This document shows positions 49,911-61,718 of a DNA stretch of 64,000 nt, in pieces. The stretch lies in NCBI GenBank assembly GCA_963808625.1, contig CAWEHK010000044.1:31939-95938 (forward strand), in the 5' to 3' direction. Within the stretch, counting starts at the first letter, position 1, and each line of letters starts with the position of its first letter. Below the pieces are notes generated by a model. That model saw only the letters and a list, made by a program, of their open reading frames with translations, was not told the origin of the DNA and did no database searches. Origin of the DNA: an uncultured delta proteobacterium. Its GTDB lineage: Bacteria; Desulfobacterota; Syntrophobacteria; Syntrophobacterales; Syntrophobacteraceae. Made by a program: the position numbers and the translations under genes.

Positions 49911-50559
49911 ATCACGCACCTCCTGCGGCAAGTTTGATGTGGTCTCCATGGAGATCTGTTGGTTGAAAAAGAACAGGGTGTGTGCCGGGCGCTTTCAGAA
50001 GAGTAGCGGCGCCTCAGGGCGGGGCAAGAGATTGAAGGTGGTGCATCCAGTTTCAGTTTTCGGAACCCGACAATACTGCTTTATACCGCTCGGCAAAAAA
50101 AGAAAAGCCTAAGATTTCTGCAGCAGTCTTTAGCAACTCACGATTTGATCCTGTCTCGGAGTCTGTTTGAAGGTTTAGTCTTTGGCTAAAATCCGAGGAA
50201 AAATCCTCCGGACCCAGCTTTGGAAAAGACGGGAAATCGTTCGTTCCCTCGTACGCTGGTTTCTAACCTCCAGTTTGGGAACCGGCTTTAACCAACTTTA
50301 GCCGGCTTGATGGGGAATTTTCAGACAGTCTGCTCGCCCCCAGCCCTTGCATGCAGACTTCCAGATCTCGACACGTCCGCGACCACACTCATAGGCGTCT
50401 ATGGACCTGGAAATTGTTTTTTTGAGAAAGACCTGATAAAAGAAAGCCTCGCAAGAGGGGGGCTGCTCCTTGGCTTGGAAGGAGTGGTTTCGTGTCTCGC
50501 TCTATGGTCGGCTCCTTGGGGCTTCCTCGGGGAAAATTTCAGCACAAAGGAGGAGAAGA

Positions 50560-51099
50560 ATGAGAATCACAAGTTCCAGAGCTTCCGTGGCGACGATTAT
50601 GACGGGTCTGGTAGTCCTGGTGATGGTTTTGGTCAATGGTTGCGCCTCGGTGCAGCAGGCACCGGTGAGTTCCGGGGAAGGAGGCGAAAAGATTCTGGTT
50701 GGTAAGATTACCGAAGACGAGCTCTTCCACCAATGCCCCATCTTCGGGGAGCAGGCGGCGCGCTATGTTCCGGACCGGATGACGGTCGGAAAGCTGAGAA
50801 GGGTCAACAAGCAAACCGAGATCCTCATGTTCCTTGGAACGTGGTGCCCGGATTCCATCAGTGAAGCACCGAAGTTTATCAAAGTCTATAACACGGTCAA
50901 CAATTCCTGGCTTTCGCTGCAGCTCTATGGTGTCGACCGAGCCAAGCAGGACGGTCTCGGCCTGACTGCGAAATACGATGTGAAGAGGGTCCCCACCATC
51001 ATCTTTCTGCGGGACGGCAGGGAGTTGGGCAGAATCATCGAATACCCGAATAAAACCATGGAAGAGGATGCCCTGGCAATCCTTACGCGGGCGCAGTGA
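50560..51099 (+). CDS. thioredoxin-like lipoprotein (CxxS)
   Basis: Lipobox-like VNGC, GTWCPDS, RVPTIIF, ELGRIIE.P. Confidence 0.8.
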   Translation: MRITSSRASVATIMTGLVVLVMVLVNGCASVQQAPVSSGEGGEKILVGKITEDELFHQCPIFGEQAARYVPDRMTVGKLRRVNKQTEILMFLGTWCPDSISEAPKFIKVYNTVNNSWLSLQLYGVDRAKQDGLGLTAKYDVKRVPTIIFLRDGRELGRIIEYPNKTMEEDALAILTRAQ

Positions 51100-51212
51100 T
51101 CTCCCGTCTCCTCCCGTTATTTCGGAATGCGCATTGACATTCCTGACTCGCACAGTTTACATATATAACCATATTAGAAGTATGTACCATATGGTGGAGA
51201 TGGAGGAATGCC

Positions 51213-51750
51213 ATGGCGTTGGTGAAGAAGACGATTGAGCTTGATCAGGAGCAAATCAATCGCATCAGGATCGCTCTGAGTACATAATGGGTCCTCAAAC
51301 AATATCGACACGATGTCACTCCTGACACATCAGATCGGCTTTTCGACTTGGGATCTGACGACTTCAGGCGATCAGAGTTTTGATCAATGTTTTCAATCCG
51401 TGGACTCTACCAATATCAGTCAACCGATTCAATAAGGTGGTCTTCCTGGTACATCCGGTGCTTCACGAGCTATGGATGGGGGCAAAGGGTAAAGGCGAAA
51501 TCATGCACCTGGTTCGCTTTGGAAAAACCTTCGTTAAGCTGGGTCGCCTGCAACCGGCCTTCCACCCAAATTATGATAGGTCGGGTTTCCGGAGCTTCGT
51601 TTTTCAGGAAAGCTTGATACAACGAATCCCAAACTCTATAACGACGTCTGTTTTCTCTCCTGCCCGTCAGATCGGTGCCACCTTTTACCAGGATCTCGAC
51701 GATTTAGGGCATTCGAATGTTGATTTTCGCTTCAGGGACGTCGCTGATTG
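51213..51750 (+). pseudogene. decayed VapB/VapC (PIN) toxin-antitoxin locus
   Basis: Truncated MALVKKTIELDQEQINRIR; fragments VLHELWMGA and ARQIGAT typical of PIN toxins, with many frameshifts. Confidence 0.55.
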
Positions 51751-51932
51751 GCCCTCAGCATCGATCACCACAGATCCTCAGCCGCACCTTATCTCGTCAT
51801 CGCCTTGAAGGCATCGATTTACGAGTGAGATTTTGCTTGCATCCGCTCGTCTGCGAGTCATAATCATGCCAGCTGTGGGATGTTGTGAGCATTGTCCGGT
51901 AGTCTGACAATTTCCGAACAAAGGAGGCGCAC

Positions 51933-53225
51933 ATGACCCGATCAAACCTTTGTCAATTCAGGTTGTTGGCGGCTTTGGCGTGGTTCTTTCTCCTCTTTTC
52001 CGGCATTGCCTGGGCTGGTCCGTACCTCAACGATAACTTCAACGATAATAGCCTCAACACCACGCTCTGGTCGATCACCAATTTTGATGGCGTGACCGTG
52101 GCAGAGGCGAACGAAAGACTCGAAGTTGCCATTCCCGGGACGGCTACCGGCAATCCGTTTTGGGGGGGTGTGACCAGCTATGACGCTGCCAGCCACAATT
52201 ATTTTTTCATCAAGGAGGGGTCTGAATTCGAAGTGAGCGTGGATTTCAAGCTTGTGGACTGGCCCCGGCCGGCCAACGGTATCAGGATGGCGCTCAAGGT
52301 ATTCATCGAAGTGGACCCGGTTAACAATAAATGGCATGAATATACCGCTGGTCGTATGAGTGACCCTGGTTATGTGGTAGCGGATACAAAATACTGCGAG
52401 CAGTTTCCGAACAAGGCACTTTGCACTGGCGACGTGCTTCTTCCCTATACCTCTCATTATGCATCCGCGAAAAGCGGCACCCTCATTATCCGGAGAACAA
52501 GAGGTATCGACGGCAGCGCCTGGATATTGCAGCAAATCGTACTGCCCGGGGAAACCACGGGGGCCCCTGTCTTGACGGCCGACTGGGGAAAGACCGTCGT
52601 GCAACTGGTGGCGTGGGGCCATGATTGGAAATTTTCCAAGCAGGCTGTGAAGGTCACTTTTGACAATCTGAAAATCAAGACGGAAAAAGGCTTCATCTTT
52701 CCTCCCGGTGATCTCCAGGTGATCATCAAACCGCAGAAGGCCATCGACGCCGGGGCTGAGTGGCGGGTGGACGGCGGGGACTGGCAGCCCAGCGGGGCGC
52801 TCATTGCAGGTCTTGCGGTCGGGAGTGGGGATAAGCACGTTGTGTCGTTCAAGGAAACCACCCATTGGGCTGCACCGGAAGACCGGGAAGTCGTCGTCAT
52901 CAGTAACAAAACCCGGACGATTACTGCGACCTACATCGAACGGGGCTCGCTTATCGTGAATATCAGCCCGGATGAAGCGGTCATGGCCGGGGCTCGGTGG
53001 CGGGTGGACGACGGAGCCTGGAAGAAAAGTGGGGCGAAAGTTCAAAATTTGGATGCCGGTGACCATACCGTGTCGTTTAACAGCGTGACCGGTTGGACCG
53101 AACCACCAGCTCAAACCATTCTTATTGAGAGCGGAAAAACCAAAAAGATCACAAGAACCTATGTGAAATTGGCAGAAAGCGCTCTACCGGCAGACGAAGT
53201 TGCTGAGGACAGCACAGCAGAATAA
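51933..53225 (+). CDS. secreted protein, N-terminal lectin-like beta domain plus two C-terminal GAxWRVDxG repeats
   Basis: Signal peptide, strong RBS, duplicated L.V.I.P..A..AGA.WRVD.G.W..SG...H.VSF...W..P module. Confidence 0.7.
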   Translation: MTRSNLCQFRLLAALAWFFLLFSGIAWAGPYLNDNFNDNSLNTTLWSITNFDGVTVAEANERLEVAIPGTATGNPFWGGVTSYDAASHNYFFIKEGSEFEVSVDFKLVDWPRPANGIRMALKVFIEVDPVNNKWHEYTAGRMSDPGYVVADTKYCEQFPNKALCTGDVLLPYTSHYASAKSGTLIIRRTRGIDGSAWILQQIVLPGETTGAPVLTADWGKTVVQLVAWGHDWKFSKQAVKVTFDNLKIKTEKGFIFPPGDLQVIIKPQKAIDAGAEWRVDGGDWQPSGALIAGLAVGSGDKHVVSFKETTHWAAPEDREVVVISNKTRTITATYIERGSLIVNISPDEAVMAGARWRVDDGAWKKSGAKVQNLDAGDHTVSFNSVTGWTEPPAQTILIESGKTKKITRTYVKLAESALPADEVAEDSTAE

Positions 53226-53413
53226 AGCGTCCATTACCCCTGACCGTCATTCCCGCATGCTCCTGGCGGGAATCCATGGGATTTGCACAGCCTGGATTCC
53301 CGCCAGAAACGCGGAAATGACGTCTCTAATCCGGACACCCATTTATGCGGAGCGGTACTGAGTAGCAACGGAGTGAAAAGGGCGGCTCCGGCCTGAGAGC
53401 GGCCCTGCTCTTC

Positions 53414-55068
<1,655 letters not shown>

Positions 55069-55199
55069 CTCTGGGCTCCTTGCTGTGAACGAGATCAAAA
55101 CCATCAGATTTTATACCACATCCGTGGTGAAGGTGTAACAGCTTGTTGATGTCACAGTGTTTTCATCGATGCGCATTGCCATCCGAATGAAGACCAGTG

Positions 55200-55365
55200 G
55201 GGATTCCTGTCCCAGAGGGCGTTGAATGTCTTGAAAAGGCGGCTGGCCGCGTGCAAAAATCCCTGAGCCCTGCCGGGCGCAGGCCCTGCGCATGCCGACC
55301 TACGGCAAACCGCGAATCATCTCCTGCGTTGAGGAGACTCACGAGTATCTCTGCCTTCCGCGAAG
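55200..55365 (+). pseudogene. internal fragment of a DEAD/type III R-like helicase (TOTE-primase associated)
   Basis: ..RLAA.KNPE..RAQALRMPTYGKPRIISC.EE..EYLCLPR. Confidence 0.5.
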
Positions 55366-55703
55366 GAAATTGCTTTTTGGAGGTTTCTGGATGAAGCTTC
55401 TGTCAGGGCGGTCAAGGACCTCTTCGTCTCAATTTCTGCCGAATTGCGTGGCAAATTCTCGCTCTTTTCAAAGAGCTGCCCTTCCGTGCCGGTCACTGAA
55501 CCGGGAAAGTTATTCCGGGATGTCACGGCGTTGCTGAAGAAGAACTGAATCGCGGTTGCATGGATCAGGAGGATTGGTCTTGCGCTGCTCGCGCGCCGCT
55601 TTGAACGCAAGGGCAAGCGGGGTGCCTTCTGCAAGCGCCAAGATCTTTTCGAGGCTCTGCGTCACATGGGCCTCAGCGCCAGAGCCTGTCACCGGATCCT
55701 CCC

Positions 55704-57434
55704 TCAAACCACTCGAAGATCCCTGAGCAGCCGAGAATTGCCCACGACTCGTTTGACCTCCGCTCGGAAGGCATGGTGTCGTTTGAATTTAACCTGGATG
55801 AATTCATGCAGCAGCGATTTGGCCTTATCCCGTTCATTGGCGAGCATATAACATTCGGCCAGGGCGCCGAGCGCTCGCGCGGCCCGGTCGTAGGCAGTGC
55901 GATGCTGGTTGGAGACGATACTGCTCGGCGCGGTCCCGACCGACCTTGCCGGCCCATGCAAGATATTTCTGCTTTTCCGCTGGAGTGAGCTCAAGCGATG
56001 CCAGCCCTTTCACGATTTCGGTGTAGAGGTCTCGCGTCTTTTCCGAATTTCCGCCAAAAGTGCTGTGGAGGCGGTCGGCATATTCCTTCAGCAGGGCATC
56101 GATTGTGCTTGCCTGTTGAGAATTCCCGGTCAGCGCCGATAAGACGCCGGCGAAAAGGATTCCCCCTTTGCCAAAGGACCAGCCGACGGTCTTTTCGTTT
56201 TTGCCTTCGTTGAAGGCCTCATCGAGTCTTCCTGCCATGAGGAGGACCTTGAGCAGCAAATCCCCTCGGCCATCCCCCCGACCTTTGATTGCCTCTCTGT
56301 GGGCCAGAACAGCATCCAATTCGCGGGAGCGCAGGTTTTGGTTTGCTGCTTCTTCGAGGAGATCGAGCAGGTTCTTCTCGCCTGGGGCGGAAAGGAACCG
56401 CTCGCGTTTCCCCTGGAGCACAACATTCGCGTCCCCCAGATTCGATTGCCGCCGTTACCAGGTATTCGGCGGCCTGCTCCCGGAAACTATTGAACGGCAG
56501 GACCTCGAGGGCTTCCTGGCAGGCCCCGAGCATCTCCCGCCAGTCCTCATTGATTTCCAACCGCTGAATCCAGAAGAGGGTGCCATATGGCTGACGGGAC
56601 TGCCACTCCCTGGCAAGCCGGGAGACGGCGTCGATCCCCTCCAACCATGCTAATGCCTCCATCCGCAGCACCACAGCCCGGCTCGTATCATAGGACGCCA
56701 ACTCCTGCTCCCAGGCGAGGAGGAATGATTCCCAATCGCCAAGCTCACCGGGCCTGGCGTCGATCACATCCTGCACCATGGGAAACGGTTCCGATTCGAG
56801 ATCCAGGCGATGGCGGCTCAGAGTGGCATTCACCTTCATCGAGTCGAAGAAATCATCCATTCGTTTCACCGGATCGGCAGTCTCATAGACACAGCGACAG
56901 AGCCTCGCTCTCGCTTCGCGGAAAGTGGGGGACCCTGGAGGAAAATGATCGGCGATATGTTCGTTTCCATCCATGAGATCAAACAGAGCCAGATACAAGC
57001 GGCGCGCGCTTTCCAATTGACCGTCCAGGAAGAGCGCACCGGCTTCAAGGAACAAGCTGTTTAACTCATCCGCCTGCTCTTCCGTGACGTAATCGGGGTT
57101 TTCCTCATCATAGTCATCCTCCCACGGCTCCCGATCCTCGAAGTAATCGCCATTTTCGATGGCGGCGATTCTTTCTTCGATCTCCTCTCGCAGTGCTTCA
57201 ATTTGCTCCAGCAAGGGCTTCCTCAAGGCTTTTCACGCTCTCCCGCTTCGGGAAGGGGGAATGAGGTGCGAGAGCTCGGATCTTGTCCAGGAATTCTCCA
57301 CGCGCTCCCATCGGAACGTCCTGAGCAAGCTCCAGGATGGTTGCCGTCAGCTCTTCCTGGGAAAGCCTCTCGCAGTAACCTCTTACAGCTTCGAGATAGG
57401 GTTTCAGCGCCATTTTGGACGATGTTGTTTTCAT
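55704..57434 (-). CDS. large alpha-helical hypothetical protein, broken by several frameshifts
   Basis: Consecutive same-strand ORFs 57198-57434, 56219-57226, 55834-56421 and 55704-55994 join by single-base shifts. Confidence 0.6.
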
Positions 57435-58047
57435 TTTGATCTCTTCTTCCTTGCCTGGAGTGTCGGGTGGGGAGCATGTCTTTCAAACCTGAAAGTCTTC
57501 AGTCCAAAAACAACAGGTCCTCATGATACCACAGACCAGAGGACCCGTCACCGATGACAGCACATGACCGACCGCGTTCATGCTGCCTCCTAGTTCCTCT
57601 TTCCCTCTTCCGTTTTCCGTCTCCAGTCTAAAGTTGAGGAGTTGCCGCCAAGCTGAACAAAAAGTTCAGTCCATAAAGAAATCCTTAGATCCATATGCCC
57701 TATGGATCGAACCCTGGTTAACCTGGACCTTCACCGGTTCACCGGTTGTCTTCACCCACCGATGGTCAACAGCAATCAGTCTTATGACACACGGATCATC
57801 CTACTCTCCGAGCCTTCCCGTCACGCCGAGGCATGACAGTGGCATTTTCGGATTTCATCCCCGATCAAAGCGGAGGGACCGTTTCCGATTTGCACGGGAT
57901 TCCCTTTTAAACCCCTGGGGGTGCCTGATGCCTCTCCCAAATTATTTGCAGCGAGCCCATCCATCATCACCCACCTGCCTGTCAACCACAAAGAATCGCT
58001 CTATGTGAAACGTCTTGCAGACCCTTGCTTTTTCGCCTATCCTTTCC

Positions 58048-58163
58048 CCGGCGTTTGCCGCGAAAGATCGTAAACCGTCTCAACCACTTGATGTGAGCCT
58101 GCTTGGTCCGGGCTGGATGAGGCTTTTTCGGATCTCGTCCCGTGCCTGATCGAGCAATGTCAC
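58048..58163 (-). pseudogene. intI: N-terminal remnant of integron integrase IntI
   Basis: VTLLDQARDEIRK-[shift]-..ARTKQAHIKWLRRFTIFRGKR matches the IntI N-terminal LLDQVR..IR..HYS.RTE.AY..WI.RFI.FHGKRHP; divergent from the cassettes. Confidence 0.72.
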
Positions 58164-58225
58164 CCAAGTGAAGCTTTATCCGTATCTTTTTGGGATACTC
58201 CAAAATAACGATGCCTGAGCTACTC

Positions 58226-58299
58226 AGCCAACGCCTAGTTTTCTGTTTATCATGCACGATGTAATTGGTGTCAGCAAACTATACAATCACTTGTTGGGC
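58226..58299 (+). mobile_element. candidate attI site
   Basis: ..CAGCAAACTATACAATCACTT-GTTGGGC (GTTRRRY at 58293-58299) between the intI start and the first cassette gene. Confidence 0.55.
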
Positions 58300-58336
58300 G
58301 CGATGGCATCTTCTCAACGCGAAGGGGAGGCGTAAG

Positions 58337-59371
58337 ATGAGATTGCTCGGAACCATCACTGTTCGGGGCACAGGTGGAAAGCGCATCGAGCTCTACCAGG
58401 GCGACTTGACCTCGCTTGACCCAGACCAAGGGTTTGACCTGCTCATCGTCTCTGCCTTTCCGGATGACTACGTACCGACTTCAACCTCCTTGATTGGCGC
58501 GCTACATCGCAAGGGTGTGTCCGTCGCGAAGCTTGCTGCAAACAAGGAAATCGATCTCAGAAGCAACTTCTCGTGCTGGCTGTCTCACGAGTTCAAGCCA
58601 TCGCACCGCGATCTTCGCTTCAGCCGCATTTTATGTTTCGAGCCGTTATTCCGCGGAGATCCACCTGCCGTTGTCGGGGATATTTTCCGGGCTCTGACAC
58701 CCATACTTGCCGAGAGGGAAAAGACTAGAACTGTAGCAATGCCCATCGTAGCCGCCGGGGATCAGGGGTACTCGGTCGCGCAGATGCTTGAACCGCTACT
58801 AGACGCTGCCATCCACTGGATGGAGCAAGGTCTCCCGTTGGGGGTACTCAAGATAGTCGCCTACGGAGACCAGCAAGCGGACGAAGCGCGAGAAACCTTC
58901 GAAAATAAGGCGACGACCTACGCGGCATCCGTTCCGCCATCGTCGGAAGCTGCCGCCGACTTCGACGTATTTATCAGCTACGCGCACGAAGACACAGCAG
59001 AGACGCAGATGTTCGCAGAGGCTCTGTTGCGCGCTAATCCGGAGGTTAAAATCTTCTTGGATCGAAAGAGCATCGACATTGGCGTAGCGTGGCAACCCGA
59101 GATTTTCGAGAGTATAGATCGCTGTCGGAAACTTGTCGCAATGTTTTCACCTCACTATCTGGCTTCGAAGGTATGCAAGGAGGAATTCAACATTGCATGG
59201 GTCAGGAGCCGTGAGACGGATCGGGACATCATCTTCCCCGTCTACCTCTATAGCGCGAATCTTCCGACGTACATGAAGTATCGCAGCTACCTCGATTGCC
59301 GCGAAGGTGACCCGGCAAAGATCGAAGCCGCACCCGGTCGACTGTTGCGGTCCTTAGCGTCGAATGTCTAA
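58337..59371 (+). CDS. Macro-like domain-TIR fusion protein (integron cassette 1)
   Basis: IELYQGDLT and TVAMPIVAAGDQG (macro-like); FDVFISYAHED and SPHYLASKVCKEEF (TIR with catalytic Glu). Stop codon lies inside attC R''. Confidence 0.8.
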   Translation: MRLLGTITVRGTGGKRIELYQGDLTSLDPDQGFDLLIVSAFPDDYVPTSTSLIGALHRKGVSVAKLAANKEIDLRSNFSCWLSHEFKPSHRDLRFSRILCFEPLFRGDPPAVVGDIFRALTPILAEREKTRTVAMPIVAAGDQGYSVAQMLEPLLDAAIHWMEQGLPLGVLKIVAYGDQQADEARETFENKATTYAASVPPSSEAAADFDVFISYAHEDTAETQMFAEALLRANPEVKIFLDRKSIDIGVAWQPEIFESIDRCRKLVAMFSPHYLASKVCKEEFNIAWVRSRETDRDIIFPVYLYSANLPTYMKYRSYLDCREGDPAKIEAAPGRLLRSLASNV

Positions 59372-59462
59372 CCAATGGATACAGTTGACCGGGCCAGCAT
59401 TTTCTCTTCCCGTGGCGTGAAGTCGTTGCAGTCGGCTCGGCAACTGATCCCCGGCATTCTAC
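59366..59462 (+). mobile_element. attC site with degenerate R' (ATTCTAC)
   Basis: GTCTAAC..GGATACAGTTGACCGGGCC...GGCTCGGCAACTGATCC..ATTCTAC. Confidence 0.7.
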
Positions 59463-59520
59463 GTTAATGAACCGAATGACGATCGAAGAAGCCAGGCGAT
59501 CTTTTTGAAGCACAGGAAGG

Positions 59521-59843
59521 ATGAGCCAGACTTTTGCGCAGATCCTCCGGCTGGTTGAAGGGGGGATGTCAAAATATCGCATCATGGCTATGATGAATTG
59601 GCAGCGGACGCGCTGACGGTGCGCGACGCGATATCATCGATACGGGACGGCGTGGTCGTCGAGGACTACCCCGGCTATCGCAAAGGGCCTTGCGTCTTGG
59701 TGCTTCAGAAGGACCGGAAAGGAAAGCATGTTCACGTGGTCTGGGGTATTCCCAGAGGCAGTCCATCGCCGGCCGTTCTTGTCACCGCGTATCGACCGGA
59801 CTAGAAGCGATGGGAGCCGGACTTCCTGCGGAGGACGAAATGA
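59521..59843 (+). pseudogene. DUF4258-family putative toxin (frameshift in G-run, internal TAG at 59802)
   Basis: [18 protein letters not shown]...GPCVLVL..HVVWGIP....[10 protein letters not shown]. Confidence 0.7.
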
Positions 59844-60055
59844 GTACGAGGCATTACACCAAGCTGGTTCACGAAGGCGAGTTCTTTGCCGAAGTGGATG
59901 TCGCGCTCATCTACACGGATGAAGGGTGGTCCCCTTACCTGTCCATGGAGGATGCCTGCAAGCTCGACGACGTCAGAGAAGCCCTGCGGCAGGGAGACGT
60001 GAAGTCGGCTGCGAAGCTCGCGCGGGTCTACACGTTGACGCCTGTCGCGGTCTGA
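59840..60055 (+). CDS. small putative antitoxin partner of DUF4258
   Basis: TKLVHEG.F.AEVDV.LI....WSPYLS.EDA.KLD.VR.ALR.GD; ATGA overlap with the upstream gene. Confidence 0.65.
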   Translation: MSTRHYTKLVHEGEFFAEVDVALIYTDEGWSPYLSMEDACKLDDVREALRQGDVKSAAKLARVYTLTPVAV

Positions 60056-60064
60056 TGAAGAGTC

Positions 60065-60159
60065 GTACAACAACCGCGTGAACCAGACGCTCGAAATACG
60101 GCTTTGCTTCGCGTTGCCTTCGGATTGGTCAGCTCGCGCTGGTTACGCAGGCGTTCGGC
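60065..60159 (+). mobile_element. integron attC site (95 bp)
   Basis: GTACAAC..GCGTGAACCAGACGC...GCGCTGGTTACGC..GTTCGGC. Confidence 0.8.
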
Positions 60160-60592
60160 TCAATGATGATACTAATAATCAAACCCGTATACTTGATGTC
60201 GGCGGCACTACCGACCGGTTGCGCCGCCACGTATGCACAGGGCCGCAAGCACGATGCTACCGATATCCTTTTCCTGCTCCACCGCCACTTCGCTGCTTGC
60301 TCGAAAGGACGCGATGCGCTCCGGTCTGCTCCATGCGACTGCCCGGCGCGGCTCGGCCCCCTGTGGGCGGGGGCGGACCAAATGAAGTGGCTGGGTTTCC
60401 ATGTGAGTCACCGGTTTGCAGTGGTATTTTGGAGCTTAGAGGGGCAATCTTGCCATGGAAATGATCAAAATGAGCGGGGTGGCCAGAGAGCATGCGAAGA
60501 GTGATCCGGCATTACCTGCCCGGTCATGCATCAGGGGCATCGCGGGCCGGTGCTGGTGCGATTGGAAGACGAAGGAGATAAGGAGGTATTTA

Positions 60593-61064
60593 ATGCGCTT
60601 AAATGAGATTCCCGAAATTGACCGGTTGAGTATTCCTGAAAAGATCCTTCTTGTCGAAGACCTATGGGGCAGTTTCGCTTCGGATGAATCCAGCGTGCCT
60701 GTCCCTCAGAGTCATATCAAGGAACTGGGCAGAAGGCTTAAAAGATATAGCTCTCATCCAGGGGACATCCTGTCGCTTGAGGAACTCCAAAGAAGGATAG
60801 CGAAAAGAAGAGGTTCTGCGAAACCCTTTGATTTGTTCCAAAGTCCATCGTGAATTCCGGCGGCGTCTGCTTCGGCGATTCCCCTATGCGCTTTACTTCC
60901 GAATAGAAGATAAGGAGATCGTGGTTTTTGGGCTTTTCCATTGCGCGCGCGATCCCCAACTACCAGAGCGGTTCTTCGCGTCCGAGGCGAATCGAGGAGC
61001 CCATGACGAACGCCAATCGGGAAACCGAACGGGGTCGCACTCCCAGAGAACGACACGCGGCTGA
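60593..61064 (+). pseudogene. addiction-module antitoxin plus 5'-truncated ParE-like toxin
   Basis: LSIPEKILLVEDLW.S.....VP..H..EL.RRL; then RRFPYALYF..EIVVFGLFH.ARDP lacking its N-terminus. Confidence 0.7.
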
Positions 61065-61381
61065 ACCGAAGAGCATCCGCACGGTATTGTGAATTCGCCG
61101 CCGGTGTGATGAAGTCCGGCTTCAGCGCGGGAGTCGGGCCAGGGAGTTGCCTTGCCCGCTGATGTGGGGATCGCATTGAGCCTGCCCTGCGGGGCCGGCT
61201 TGGGTTGCGTTGTCAGAAAGAAAGAGATCATGATGGTTCCGAAGGATAACAAAGATGGTGCTGTGAGAGGTCGCATCACTCCTGACCGTTTTTTTCAAAT
61301 AATAAGGAGAAGACCAAACTCAATTGGTTTCTGTTCGAGTTTGCGCTGGAGATTGAGCGATTTATCGCCAAGGAGAAGCGC

Positions 61382-61693
61382 TTGATGGCGCAACTGCACC
61401 GTGCGGGAGTCGATGACGGCCGCATGAGAGACTTCTGCGTTCACTACGCCAAGCACATGAAGAAAGAGATTCTTGACAAGCTGGCTGGAAGGACTGCCAA
61501 TGTAGGATTGGGATACCTGGAAATCGAGCGATTCTTCCCTCAGATCGGAGATCGTCTTGTGGACCGATTGCTGACGGTCGTTGGCAAGGCATGGGACTCA
61601 CAAACTGAACTATGCGTCGTCTGCCCGACGCGGTGCATCTCCGAAAGGGACAAACGGGCGCCGATGTTTGACGATCCGGACTACTGGGACTAG
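61382..61693 (+). CDS. hypothetical protein with C-terminal CxxCxxxC
   Basis: ORF with RBS AAGGAG; CVVCPTRC. Confidence 0.45.
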   Translation: MMAQLHRAGVDDGRMRDFCVHYAKHMKKEILDKLAGRTANVGLGYLEIERFFPQIGDRLVDRLLTVVGKAWDSQTELCVVCPTRCISERDKRAPMFDDPDYWD

Positions 61694-61718
61694 AGACATC
61701 GCAGGAGATAAATGGACA

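Noticed and set aside
61035..61140. Possible third attC after the parE remnant
   Set aside because: Partial stem (GCTGAACCG/CGGCTTCAGC) but no properly placed AAC/GTT boxes.
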